A stretch of 64,000 nucleotides of DNA from Mobula hypostoma. Taxonomy: Eukaryota. The notes under the pieces were generated by a model. The model was not told where the DNA came from. It did no database searches and worked only from the letters and a program-made list of their open reading frames with translations. Every line of letters begins with the position of its first letter. The stretch's first letter is position 1. The translations under genes and the position numbers were made by a program. Shown here piece after piece: positions 50,700 to 63,464 of the stretch. The stretch is taken from the NCBI RefSeq assembly GCF_963921235.1, contig NC_086103.1, positions 66,712,001-66,776,000 on the forward strand. Reading direction: 5' to 3'.

Positions 50700-53600
50700 A
50701 TGGCTTCAGTCAGGAAAGTTGATGAATTTGATAGCACTAATGAAGGCTGGGAGTCGTATATTGAGAGGGTTGAACTGTATTGTAACTCAAACAACTTGGA
50801 GGAACTAAAGAAAGCCCCTACACTTCTTAACTTAATGGGTGCAAGGATGTGTAGTCTCTTACACAACATAGTAACCCCTGAAAAGCCAGCAAGCAACATG
50901 TTTGATGAAATTGCTACAATTTTACAAAATCACTTGAGCCCTAAACCACTGGTAATAGCTGAAAGATTTAGATTATAAAAACGGAACCAGTCAAAGATGA
51001 AAGCCCTGAATACACTGCAGAACTGCGCAAACTTTCCCAGTACTGTGACTTCAGAGATAGACTCTCTGATGCATTAAGGGACGGGCTTGTATGTGGCATG
51101 CATAGTCAAAGCACTCAAACAAGGGTACTGGCAGAAAGAGACCTAACCTTAGAATGGGCATTGACCATTGCAATATTGTTAGAGAGTGTCGCAAAGAATG
51201 CAGAACTACAGAAAAGGAGGTTAGAATGTGAAATGCACAAAATGTCCCTGAATGGTGCAAAAAGCCAAAATGTTATCGATGTGGCAAATCATCCCATGAT
51301 GCAAATGACTGTTGGTTCAAAGAAAAAGTTTACAGAAAGTGTCACAGACAAGGTCACATAGAGTGAGTGTGCAAGGCAGACAAAAACCACAACTGAGTGA
51401 AAAGTCTCAAACACAAAACTAAGCAAATCCATAAAATTACCAAATGTAAAACAGAATCAGACAACACAGAGTTCTGACAAAGATGAACTGTCATGCCTAG
51501 AACTGCATAGTACAACTGAAGGAGTTCACAATAGACGGGTCTAGTGTAAAACTGAAAATGGAGCTAGATACAGGGTCAGATTTGTCCATAATTCCAGAGG
51601 CTGACTACAACAGACTGTTTCCTAAGGTACCATTAAAGAAGACCTTAATGATGATAAAGACTTACCAGGCGATAAAATGGCTCCCAAAGGCAAACTGAAC
51701 GTAAGTGTGACGTATGGAGGCCAAACACACCAGTTAGAGCTTTATGTATTGAAAAGTGGAGGGCCAGCACCTTTTGGACATAAATAGTTGAGAAAAATCC
51801 AACTAGGCTGGCACTCAATCAAAGCTGTCAGTGTGACATAAACAGGCAACGGTAGCCCAAATGGTAGCACTAACCAGAGACTGGCACAGCTGCTTAATGT
51901 TAATGAGAAGGTATTTGAGAAAGGGATCGGTAAACTCAAAGGCATGAAGTCCAGAAATGAATTGGATAAAACAGTAACACCTAGATTCTATAAAGCATGT
52001 CCAGTACCATGTCCACAACATCCTAAAGTAGATGCTGAACTTCAGAGCTTGGAGGCATCTGGGATTCTCTCCAAGGTTGAGTGGAGTGATTGGGCCACAC
52101 CCATTGTCTCAGTGATCAAGAAAGGGAAGTCCAGAGCCGTTCGCATATGTGGAGATTTCAAGGGGAGCATCAACCCAGTGCTGTGTACTGTGCAATATCT
52201 CCTGCCATGAATAGAAGACATCATTGCATCTTTGGCAGGAGGGAGGAGTTTTCAAAGATTGACTTGTCACAAGCCTATCTGCAAATGGAGATTGAGGAGT
52301 CAAGCAGGAAGTTCCTCACAATCAACACTCACAAGGGACGGTTCCAGTGTAATCATCTCATCTTTGGCGTCACATCAGCTCCAGCAATTTGGCAAAGAGC
52401 AATGGACAAGTGCTCCAAGTTATCCCAGGAACGCAATGTTACCTTGATGACATCATGATGACAGGTGAGAATGATAAAGAGCACCTCCAGAACCTTGGTA
52501 AAGTGCTGACCAGGCTGAATGAGTATGGTCTGAATGCAAAGAGAGAGAAATGTTAGCTTTTCAAAAATGAAAAACTCATATACTTTGGATGTTATTGACA
52601 AGAATGGCTTACATAAGTTACAAGAAAAAACTGAAGCAGTGCTGCAGGCACCCAGACTGGAAAATGTGTCGCAACCCAGCTCATACTTGGGCCTTGTAAA
52701 CTACTACCACTGTTTTCTCCCAAACATTGCTACAGTGATGCACCCACTGAATACACTGTTACAGACAGGAGCAAAATAGGAATGGTCAGAAAGATGTGAA
52801 AAGGCATTTAAGGAAACAGAGAGACTAATAACATCAGATGAACTGCTCACCCTTTATGACCCGACCCTGCCCATCAGATTGACATGCAATGTGTCCCCTT
52901 ATGGCATTGGAGCCGTTTTGTCACACATTATGAAAGATGGATCTGCAAGTCCAATGCGTTTGCTTCAAGATCACTGATGAGCTCAGAACGCAACTACGCA
53001 CGGATCGACTGAGAGGCCCTTAATCTAGTATGGGGAATAAAGAAGTTCCACCTCTACATCTATGGACAAAAGTTTACGCTAGTGACAGATCACAAGCTCT
53101 TGCGTCTATTTTCAATCCCAGAAAGGGAATTCCAGTGATGACTGCCACCTGTTTACAACGTTGGGCACTATTCCTAGGAGCCTATTCTTATGACATAGAG
53201 TTCAAGAGTACCAAACAACACAGCAATACTGATGGCTTATCATGTCTTCCACTAGTGGCAACTGAAGAAGAAAAGTCTTTTATATTGTGACCCAGTAGAA
53301 GTGTTCCACATCGCAACGGTGGACCAGTTGTGGGTAACAAATTCCAAAATACAAAGGGAAATAAGGAATGACTCAACATTGTCAATGACATCACCATGCA
53401 AGGATGATAAGCTCATGATAATCCTATGTTTCCAGAGTTCTCAGTGAGATGAGACGAACTGTTGGTATGTCAATGAACGCTGATGTGTGGATCTCGCGTT
53501 GTAGTTCCCTTTAACCTCTGCACCAAAGTGTTTGAAAATCTGCATGATGGACATTTGGGTGCAGTCAAGATGAACAGCCTCACTTGGAGCAACTTGTGGT

Positions 53601-54250
53601 GGCCGGGAATAGATAAATCGATTGAAGACTTGACCAGAAGCTGTTCACATTGCCACAAAGTTCTAAGTGCACCACCTCAGCAAAGACCGTCTCCACTTTG
53701 AGGACTATCTTCACCAGAAATGGCTCACCAGAACAAACCAGAATACACATCAGAAAAATTCCAACTGTTCATGAAAAAGAATGGCATCAGGTACTTCAAG
53801 ACAGTTCCTCACCACCCAGCAGTGAATGGGTTAGCTGAAAGGTTTATCCAACCATTCAAGAAGTCCATGAAAGCGATGGACAAGGAGGACATTTCTCTAC
53901 AGCACAATTGGACAAATTCCCTTTTGTGTTTCAGAGCTCTGTTCATGCGACAACAAATCAAACTCCTACAATGCTGTTCAGGAACAGGAATCTGAGATCT
54001 CGCATAGACCTCCTGAAACCAGAACTACAGAGGGAAGTACAGAATAAACAGTTCAGCCCAGTTGCCAAGTGAAGCAGCAATGAGCTTTGAAATTGGACAG
54101 GAAGTCCTAGCACATGATTATCAAGAAGACAAGTGAACACACGGTAGGATAGCTACAAGAGTTGGACGGCTGATGAATGTAGTGAATGTTGGACATCAGT
54201 AATGTGGACCAGACACTGGATGCTAAACTGAAGAACACACCTGAGTCGAT
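50700..54250 (+). pseudogene. Gypsy gag-pol, multiply disrupted
   Basis: Gag start MASVRKVDEFDSTNEGWESYIER; CCHC knuckle CYRCGKSSHDANDC at 51271-51312 plus a second decayed knuckle; protease MELDTGS at 51558; RT WATPIVSV..RICGDFK and CYLDD at 52437-52451; RNase H at ~52880; integrase HHCC at ~53540-53655. Confidence 0.93.
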
Positions 54251-54499
54251 CTCATCCAACAAGTCGGACACATTGCAGTCACCGGACTTACCTCTCAGTG
54301 ATGATCATGTCACTGACAGCAACGTGACACTGGAAACTGAGAACGTTGTCTTAGGCAAGTCACCTACCAAACCCTAAAGCCACTCCACAGATCCAGAGGT
54401 GCTATCCTGAAAGAAACAGTGTGCCACCCAAAATACTGAACCTTTAGAACTGATGGACTGTTTTTGTGAAACCATGTTTATTTGGGAAATCGAAGCAAC

Positions 54500-54608
54500 A
54501 CATACAAAATGCTAGAGACCCTTCAGCAGGACTTGGCTCAAAACAACGACTGTACGTTTTTCCATAGATGCTGCCTGGCCTGCTGAGTTCCTCCAGCATT
54601 TTGTTATG
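54500..54608. mobile_element. Miniature Penelope-derived insert with inverted ends, inside the Gypsy 3' region
   Basis: CATACAAAATGCT..AGCATTTTGTTATG termini; pLTR pieces in both orientations. Confidence 0.7.
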
Positions 54609-54682
54609 TTTATTTGGAATGTGGGCTTATGAAAGGGAAATTGAATGTTTTGTACATATACAGTTTTATGTTGCATTAATCT

Positions 54683-54696
54683 AAAGAGGGAGGAAG
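54683..54696 (+). promoter_or_regulatory. Polypurine tract
   Basis: AAAGAGGGAGGAAG abuts the TG of the 3' LTR. Confidence 0.9.
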
Positions 54697-54808
54697 TGTA
54701 ATATATGGATCTATTTCTTTTAGAGAAAGACACCCTCCCCCGTAGCACAACGTATTGATCTGTTATCTGTGCATGTGCTGTTGTCTACGCCTGTTCATTG
54801 TTCTCTTG

Positions 54809-54843
<35 letters not shown>

Positions 54844-54930
54844 TCATTGCAATATGAATACATCAGTTAAAGCCATCTCCTGTGAGCATGCTTTTATTTA
54901 ATATATATGTAGTTGTGCTCAGACACAACA
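54697..54930 (+). repeat. 3' LTR
   Basis: TGTAATATATGG...CAGTTAAAGCCATCTCC...GACACAACA; contains (CT)n. Confidence 0.92.
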
Positions 54931-55104
54931 AATATTAGTGAACCAAGTAGGTTATTATGAGTTATTGCCAATAACGATTTTAGTTAACTTTTATCTTGTT
55001 ATTCCTTATGCGTTAAATCAACTGAATTTATATTTCCCATCTCCACCATAGGGATTTGAGCTTGGGGCTTCCTGTTATTACACAAGCCTTCTGTAAGTCC
55101 CTTA

Positions 55105-55710
55105 ACATAATGGTAAGGGTTTATAAGGATTAGCCAGACTACACTTTGTGTATTGTGAGCAGTTTCTGGCCCCTGATCTGAGAAAGGTTGTGCTGGCACT
55201 GGAGAGGGTCAGGAGGAGGCTGATGGGAATGATCCCAGGAATAAAAGGGTTAATATGTGAGGAGCATTTGTTGGCTCTGGGCCTGTACTTACTGGAGTTT
55301 TGAAGAATGGGGAGGAGGGGTATCTCATTGAAACATAATGCATATTGAAAGGCCAAGATCGAGTGGATGTGGAGAGGATGTTCTAATAGTGGGAGAGTTT
55401 AGGACCAGATAGCACAGCTTCAGAATAGAAGGATGTCTCCTTAGAACATAGATGAGGAGAAATTTCTTTAGCCAGAGGGTGATATATCTGTAGAATTTAT
55501 TGCCATAGACAGCTGTGGAATCTAGGTCATGGGGTTTATTTAATGAAGAGGTAGATAGGTTTTTGATTAGTAAGAGTGTCAAAGGTTACCGGAAGAAGGC
55601 AGGAGGAAGGGGTGCAGTGGGATAGTAAATCAGACATGATGGAATGGCTGAACAGACTCGCTGGGCAAAATGGCCTAATTCTGCTTCCATGGTCTTCCGA
55701 TCCATGGTCT
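55105..55710 (+). mobile_element. Degraded CR1 3' fragment
   Basis: GAGCAGTTTCTGGCCCCTGATCTGAGAAAGG..AATTTCTTTAGCCAGAGGGTG..3' UTR. Confidence 0.85.
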
Positions 55711-55792
55711 AATACTACCCTGCCATTTCATTGAGAGTGATGTCTTTCAGGATAAAAATCATAACACGACATCTGTATTCCACATTCAATGA

Positions 55793-55930
55793 CTCCCCTT
55801 AGCATTGCACATTGATCTGTTGTCCATGAATGCGCATTGTTTTCTCTCTCTCTCTCTCTGCAATGTGAATACACCAGTTAAAGTCAGCTCCTGCGTGGGT
55901 GCTTTTATGTAGTCGTGCTCAGACGCAACA
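55793..55930 (+). mobile_element. Partial third LTR of the same Gypsy family
   Basis: CCCCTTAGCA..ATTGATCTGTTGTC..(CT)n..ACACCAGTTAAAG..GTGCTCAGACGCAACA aligns with both LTRs. Confidence 0.85.
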
Positions 55931-57599
55931 TTCTGAAAAAAAAATACAATTATTATTTTGGGAATAATAAATACAAATGAAGTGTTTAGAGAAGTTGGCT
56001 ATTAGCTTGTCATAGTCAAAAATATAGAATGTCTATCCCATAGAAATGCATTATGTTGGGATTACTGAACTGTTGAGTTGATCCTCTGGTGACGCAGGAG
56101 AGATTGCAGATGTTGGAATCTGGAGCAGAAAACAAATTGCTGGAGCAGCTCAGTGCATTAAGCTTGACCCATCATGGGAAAAGAATAACCGCATTTTGGG
56201 TTGAGGCTCTGTGGAAGTTTCAACTTCTAGTAGTTTGATATAGATTACTATGAAAAGTCTGTAGTTGTACAAGTTATTTAGAAGTAAAGATGTGTATGTT
56301 CATGCACCACCACTGAACTCATCTTTACCACACGTAGTCTTCTGATTGAAGTTATATCAGATAGTTGATCTTCTGTTCTTTTTAATTTGGGTAATTTATA
56401 AAAAGCGATGGAATAAAATATCATATCTATACACATTTTTCCACACCTTGACTCAAATGGGGATGTGGATAGGAAAGCCAGCCTGGTAAAGAAGCTGTGA
56501 AGAAACTGTCCAAATACCACCTTGTAGAATTTCTTCGAGGTTACAGAAAATCCACTCTCACAGCACGACGTGAGTGAGTCTGGACTCACTCAATCTGGAG
56601 GAAGGATTTGTGGAAAGGCAAGTTCAACGGATTAAAAATCACAGCACAAGCTTTAAAGTGAAGAAGTTCCATCTTCTAGCCTGAGTTTGCACATTGAATC
56701 CTCTCAGTAGGTTAGAAAAAATGGAATTGGAATGGAACTATTAGGGGCATATAGTTCTAGGAATAATCTTGTGAAGACTGGTGAGAAATGCAAAAGAATT
56801 CACATAGGCTACTTGATTCGAACATTTGATATAAGAGAGAAGAACAAAGAATGTTATAATATTGATGACATTCCTGAAGAGAATTTCACAATTATTTGAG
56901 AAATATTTCTGACAAAAATTAAATGTGACAACCTTTCTGATTCCAAAGATAGTTGAAACAGAGGAGAAACAGTGCAAAGTGTGCAATATTTGCTGTGGAT
57001 CCACAATTATTGCTTTAAAACTCTTATTCCTTTAAGTACCAGAGAGTAAGTTCCAAAGGCTGTGTGCAATGAGTCCTTGAATAAACCACAACCTATTCAA
57101 GTTCCTTCAGTTTAACTGGTATCTCTCTGTAAACTCTCCAGTGACTTCATTAGAAGTCCTCTAGAACTCAGTAAAAAGGAAATCTTTACAACTGTCATGT
57201 ACACTTTGTGGAAGGTCCTAAGCCTGCTAGTTCATTCTCCATTTGAACTCAATTTCCCATGGCTGTAGTCATACACAAGGACACCTTTACCTGATAAAAA
57301 CTGCCAATGGAGAATGCAGACTAAAGGAAATAGCCGCAGGCTTAGTAGTCAGATCACAGACTGTCATTTGCTTCAGCACAAAGTGATTTAAAATGCATTT
57401 GCAATGGAGTGAGAAGCAATAATGACCATTTTTGGTTGTTTTGTGTCAGCCTGAAGGTTCAATAATTCAGCGCAGCTCAAGCAGAACGTACTTTTACATT
57501 GTCCTCGAGTCGTACTTCAGATGAAATCATTCTTGCACAATCTCTCCCCCACCCAAAACTCTTCCACCTTGTCAGCCACACTTCAAACCTCCTCACACC

Positions 57600-58140
57600 C
57601 CTGTCCTCCCTTTCCCATGTAGTTGGACAAGCTCCCACTCCCTGATCTATCAAACTCCCTGTCTACCCTCTCCACAGCTGGGTTGGGATCTGTCCCCACT
57701 CAGCTGAACTTTGTCTTGCACCCCCTGATCAACACAGATCCCAAATGCCCATATCTCATCCCCAGTCACAGCTACCTCCCCTGCCTCCGCCCCCCCCCAA
57801 ATCTCTGATTCTTTGACTGAAGCTTTGATCTCTATAAAACTCCACCTCCTATCTCCTGGATACCTGCTATTACCACAGACGCCACTCCAACGTCTTACCA
57901 AACATTCTTACGCAATTTCCAACCTGCTGCAGCCCTCCTGCCATAATTCTTCCAGGCCCTGATATTGACTGCTGAACTGCCGACCCAAACCAATTGCACG
58001 ACAAGCCTCTGCTGTCCTAGTTCCAGGTAAGTCTATGACAGCCACTGGCCACCAAACCAGTTTCCCCCCGCCACTACACACCCACACACACATCCAAAGT
58101 CTGTGGATGCAGTCTCTGCCCCGGGTGACACATTTCCATC
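57600..58140 (+). mobile_element. Very old C-rich retroelement fragment, possibly Penelope-like RT
   Basis: C-rich composition and pieces such as TCTATAAAACTCCACC resembling PLE RT; no clean motif. Confidence 0.3.
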
Positions 58141-58729
58141 TATTTAGCTAAGTATTTCCCTTATAGTAGCAGCAGATCTATGATCAATATGACAGCAGCC
58201 CCACTGTGTAAAATTATCATTGAGTGACCCCTGTGCTATAGCTTCCAGTTACATACATCTTCAATAAAAGATACTAACCATGTTTCTTTCCCAACAGTGC
58301 AGTTTAATTTTTACTATTGGTTATCTATAAATGAGTTTAACTATGTAGCAACCTTTAGTTGTTTTAGGAATAGTGTTAGAGAGCCAAAGTTGAGAAACAG
58401 TGTTTGTGTTGGATTGCAAAATTGTTAAGTGGCCTCACGAATGATTCCTCATCTTTGTGCTCAGCAGGAAAGTTTGTCCTTCAGTAGAGAGCATTCACTG
58501 TTTCCTAAATATGTTGAAAACATAGGAATTCAGGTCCAATTTGAATTCATGCTTCAATTCTGTCAATTCAACATTTTATCATTGAATGATATGTATATTC
58601 CTTACTTTGAACTAATTATTTCAATTTTCATCTTAATATTTGATTTTGAAAAAATATGACTTTGAATTGTTGGGAGTAAATTGTGATACTAAAAGCTCAG
58701 CTAATTCTTGAATCTCAGCTAGTTTCAGA

Positions 58730-59690
58730 GTTCAAAGTTCAAAGTAAAGTTCAAATTAAATTTATTATCAAAGTACATATATGTCACCATATATAACCCT
58801 GAGATTCATTTTCCTGCAGGCATACTCAGTAAATCCAATAACCATAATCATATCAGTGAAAGACCACACAAACAGGGCATTCAACAAGTTTGCAAAAGAC
58901 GACAAAACTGTGCAATTACAAAAAGAACAAAATAGAGAAATATAATAATAATACATAAGCAATACACATTGAGAACATGAGATGAAGAATCCTTGAAAGT
59001 GAGTCCATAGGATATGGAATGGAGTCCATGGATATCGAATGTTAAAAGGCATGGACAGAGTGGATGTGGCAAAGTTGTTTCCCATGATGGGGGAGTCTAG
59101 TACAAGAGGGCGTGACTTCAGGATTGAAGGGTGCCCTTTCAGAACAGAAATGCGAAAAAATTTTTTTAGTCAGAGGGTGGTGAATCTATGGAATTTGTTG
59201 CCACGGGCAGCAGTGGAGGCCAAGTCATTGGGTGCATTTAAGGCAGAGATTGATAGGTATCTGAGTAGCCAGGGCATCAAAGGTTATGGTGAGAAGGCGG
59301 GGCAGTGGGACTAAATAGGATAAAATGGATCAGCTCATGATAAAATGGCGGAGCAGACTCGATGGGCCGAATGGCCTACTTCTGCTCCTTTGTCTTATGG
59401 TCTTATGGTCTTATGGATATGGGAACAGTTCAGAATTGGGCAAATGAAATTGAGTGAAGTTATCCCCTCTGTTCAAGAACCTGATGGTTGAGGGTTAATA
59501 ATTGTTCCTGAATCTGATAGTGTGGGTTCTGGGGCTCTTGTACCTTCTACCTGATGGTAGCAGCGAGAAGAGAGCATGGCCTGGGTGGTGGGGGTCCCTG
59601 ATGATGGATACTGCTTTCCTGTGACAATGCTCCATGTAAATATGCTCAGTGGTGGGGAGGGCTTTACCCATGATGGACAACATCTGACAA
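58730..59690 (-). mobile_element. Rex1/Babar-like LINE 3' end, split by CR1
   Basis: IIRDPHHPGHALFSLLPSGRRYKSPRTHTIRFRNNY; (TTTGAAC)n-type tail at ~58730-58755. Confidence 0.88.
59030..59415 (+). mobile_element. CR1 3' fragment
   Basis: MLKGMDRVDVAKLFP..FFSQRVVNLWNLLP; (CTTATGGT)n tail; possible TSD ATGGATAT. Confidence 0.9.
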
Positions 59691-59736
59691 CATGCAAACA
59701 CCAGGAATAAACCAAGCTCAACAATGTGTTGTAATG

Positions 59737-60110
59737 TAACGTATAAAATTCTAAAGGGATTGGACAGGCTAGATGTAGGAACATTGTTCCCGATGTTGGG
59801 GAAGTCCAGAATGAGGGGTCACAGTTTGAGGATAAAGGGGAAGCCTTTTAGGGCCGAGATGAGGAAAAACTTCTTCACACAACGAGTGGTAAATCTGTGG
59901 AATTCTCTGCCACAGGAAACAGTTGAGGCCAGTTCATTGGCTATATTTAGGAGGAGTTGGATATGGCCCTTGTGGCTAAAGGGATCGGGGGTACGGAGAG
60001 AAGGCAGGTACAGGGTTCTGAGTTGGATGATCAGCCATGATCATACTGAATGGCGGTGCAGGCTCGAAGGGCTAAATGGCCTACTCCTGCACCTATTTTC
60101 TATGTTTCTA
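59737..60110 (+). mobile_element. CR1 3' fragment, same subfamily as 29441-32290
   Basis: TYKILKGLDRLDVGTLFPMLGKSR..FTQRVVNLWNSLPQETVEASSLAIF; very similar to 31910-32290. Confidence 0.93.
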
Positions 60111-60379
60111 ATATAAACAGCTTCAAAAGTTTTTCTTCCATTCAGTCCACCCATACTTGAACCATAACAGAGTTCGAAAACTGGTATACGGAATGTTGAG
60201 ATGGATTTTTGAAGCAGTTTGTATAAAGTTGACAGAATTTTGAGCTTGCTTTCTTCCTGATGTCTGTGCGTTGGCAGTTCTTGCAATAGATAGTTACTGT
60301 TTTATTTTTGTTCTCCTCCTACATACAAAGCTTGCTGGAGTCTTGATTAAACATCTCATTAAAAAGACAGTGATGTAAG

Positions 60380-60930
60380 GAGAGAAAATGCTGGAGATAC
60401 TTAGCAAGCCAGGTAGCATTAATGAAAAGAGAAAGAGGGTTAACATTTTGAAATAACAGCCCATCATCAGAACTAGAAAACCAAGAAAACACTTTGACCT
60501 TAAGAGAACTGGAAATGTGGGAATTTAGAAAGATCAAGGGTAAAGTCTGCGATAAGATTGAGATCAAAGCTGTCCAGGTGACACAAATACTTCAGCTGAC
60601 AGAGGCTGATGACTACTTGTTAAATACCCAAGATCTAAAGGACTGTGACTTAAAAAATGTGCTGGAGCTGTCAGGTGCAGAACACAGGGGTGGCTGGAAA
60701 TATGAAACAGAGGAAATTCGAGTGATACTCTGCAGATCAGTGAGTATTGGTGGAGAGAGTGAACCCCTGAATTACTGTTACAGGTGAATGACTTGACATC
60801 AGAAGCCACCAGTACTGATGCAGGTGGGGAAGTCTGAATTTAGCACTGAATCTCGAGGGCTCCCTTGTACCAATTGAGGTATTGCTCCTGGAGCTGACAT
60901 TGAGTGTTCATCGGAACAGTGTAGGAGCCA
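60380..60930 (-). mobile_element. Old Penelope-like 3' fragments
   Basis: AAAATGCTGGAGATACTTAGCAAGCCAGGTAGCA; rc GTTCTGATGATGGG..CAAAATGTTAACC; decayed endonuclease tail at ~60830-60930. Confidence 0.55.
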
Positions 60931-60944
60931 AAAACAATGTGATT

Positions 60945-61610
60945 AGGTTAGATTATGAGGACATTCAGTCCTCGTTTATTGTCATTTAGAAATGCATGCA
61001 TTAAAAAATGATGCAATGTTCCTCCAGAAAGATATCAATTAAACACAGGACAAACCAAGACTAAAACTGACAAAACCACATAATTATAACATATAGTTAC
61101 AACAGTGCAAAGCAATACCGTAATTTGATAAGAGCAGCCCATGGCACGGTAAAAAAAAGTCCCAAGTCCCGATAGCCCCATCATCTCACGCAGACGGTGG
61201 AAGGGAGAAACTCTCCCTGCCATGAACTCCAAGCACCGCAAACATGCTAATGCATTGGAAGCACCCGACTGTAGCCAACTCTGAGTCCGTCTGAAACTTC
61301 GAACCTCTGACCAGCCCTCCGACACTGAGCACCGAGCACCATCCTCTGCCGAGCGCTTTGACCCCGCCCCGGCCGCCGAGCAACAAGCAAAGCCGAGGAC
61401 TCGGGGCCTTCTCCTCTGGAGATTCTGGATCACACAGTAGCAGCGGCAGTGAAGCAGGCATTTCAGAAGTTTCACAGATGTTCCTCCATGCTCTCACATC
61501 TGTCTCCATCAAATCAGGATAGTGCACGGCACCCTACTTGACAGATAACAGATATTATTCACCGGAGTGGCCGCTGCAAGCTGTGTCACGCCACCATCTT
61601 CTCCTCTCTT
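60945..61610 (-). mobile_element. Short non-autonomous retroelement (CpG-rich, ~660 bp)
   Basis: The minus strand starts GAGGAGAAGATGGTGGCG and ends ..AATGACAATAAACGAGGACTGAATGTCCTCATAATCTAA; no RT ORF. Confidence 0.55.
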
Positions 61611-61992
61611 CTCCTCTGATAAGAGACAGAGAATGCATCTGGCAGACAACCAGACATCTATGGTCAATGCTGGGGAGGAAACAGAAGTACCCTACAAAGC
61701 ACTCATGCACCCGTAATTGGTCCTGTCAGTGCAGAGATGGCTATACTATGAATGCAGAATGCAATCCACAATACTGGAAGAGTTTCTGCTTCTCCTGCAT
61801 GGAAAGCAGGGGTCCCTGGACGATCGGAAGCAAAGAGGTAGAAGAACAAGTATTGCATCTCCTGCAGGGTATGATCATAGGGAGAATGTGTAAACTCCAC
61901 ACTGAGGTCGGAATGGAGTTACGAAATGGCTGCCCCACGTGAAGTGTCAGTGTGTCATTGATCCTACTTTTATTCTGACCTTGCATCCTACA

Positions 61993-62545
61993 CGCACTCA
62001 GTGGCCACTTTATTAGGTATCTCCTGTTTATTAGGTGGAGGAGGTACCTAATAAAGTGGCCATTGAGTATATGTTCATGGTCTTCTGCTGCTGCACCCCA
62101 TCCACTTCAAGATTCAATGTGCTGGTGTTCAGAGATGCTCTTCGGAACACTACTGTTGTAACGTGTGGTTGTGTGAGTTACTGTCTCCCTGTCAGCTTGA
62201 ACCAGTCTGGCCATTCTCCTCTGACATCCCTCAGTAACAACGCATTTTCCCCCAACAGAGCTGCCACTCACTGGATGATTTTTGTTTTTCACACCATTCT
62301 CTGTAAACTCCAGAGACTGATGTGCATGAAAATCCCAGTAGATCAGCATTTTCTGAGATACACAAACCACCCTGTCTGGCACCAACAATCATGCCATGGT
62401 CAGAGCCACTTAGATCACTTATCTTCCTCATTCTGATGTTTGGTCAGGACAACAACTGAAACTCTTAATCAAGTCTGCATGTTTTTATTGCATTGAGTTG
62501 CTGTCACATGATTGGCTGATTAGATATTTGCATTAACGAGCAGGC
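61993..62545 (-). mobile_element. Tc1-like transposon remnant (transposase N-terminus) with a doubled TIR
   Basis: DLSGSDHGMIVGARQGGLCISENADLLGFSCTSVSGVYREWCEKQK / QRRMARLVQADRETVTHTTTRYN; TIR CACTCAGTGGCCACTTTATTAGGTA at 61995-62019 and its inverse at 62045-62068. Confidence 0.88.
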
Positions 62546-63464
62546 ATCAGGACTCAATATTATATTGAATAGGTTTAGACAACTAGCTTTCCCTGTTTGT
62601 GTGAAAAGTATCAATTTTCTAATGTGAGTTTATCCACCAGTGACATTATACTTTTGCCACAATCGTTACCTAATCTGTTGGGAACTTTCAGCATTCTCTT
62701 TTACTTCATATTTCCAGCCACTGAATTGTACAGCTCCAGCACTTTTCCCCTTAGTACTGCCCTAATTCTAGTCTTCCTCCTGATAGATCAGCTGTCATTA
62801 GCAAGCATTCATCACTCTCTCTTAGATGTGTCACCTAGTCAAACTTGGTGACTACTCTAACACAGACCTTCCCCTTTTTCTCTCATCCGCACAGCCTCTG
62901 AAGCTTAAAAACGTACTTATTTTCTTATTTTTCCAGTTCCAGGTGAGAGGTCACTAGTACAGATGTTAACTCTGCTTCTGTCTGCACAAATACTGTCTGA
63001 CCTGCACAATAGCTACATCACACAAGAAATTTTCCCAACATACTGAGGGTTGAATATATAGCAATAAATGTAAAATTAATTAATCCCTTTATACAAGATA
63101 TGGTTAATGATTATAAAGTTATTATAAAATCAAAGTTCAAAGTCTCATATAATTTCATGTTGATACTATGGGAATGTATTGATGTTCAACACACATTTTA
63201 TGATTAATTTCAGGATGCAGAGAAAAGATTTATAGGACATACCCTTAGGGATAACAATAACCTTCGATAAATTGCAGAAGATAACAAGGAGGCACCATTA
63301 GGTTTTTCATTCATTGCCATCTTGGCTCTTCAGTTACAGTTTACCTGAAAACTATGCATGTCAGGTAACTAGTTCCAAATGTTTTCCTCTGAATAATAGT
63401 TTGATTCATCCACATCGAAGATATGATCTTTGTAGTTTCTGATAGACTCTGTCAAAGTGATACG

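Larger units (their letters stand above)
50298..54930 (+). mobile_element. Full-length decayed Ty3/Gypsy LTR retrotransposon (Mag-like), TSD AATAT
   Basis: TG..CA LTRs at 50298-50518 and 54697-54930; AATAT at 50293-50297 and 54931-54935; PBS and PPT present; domain order gag-PR-RT-RH-IN. Confidence 0.95.
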
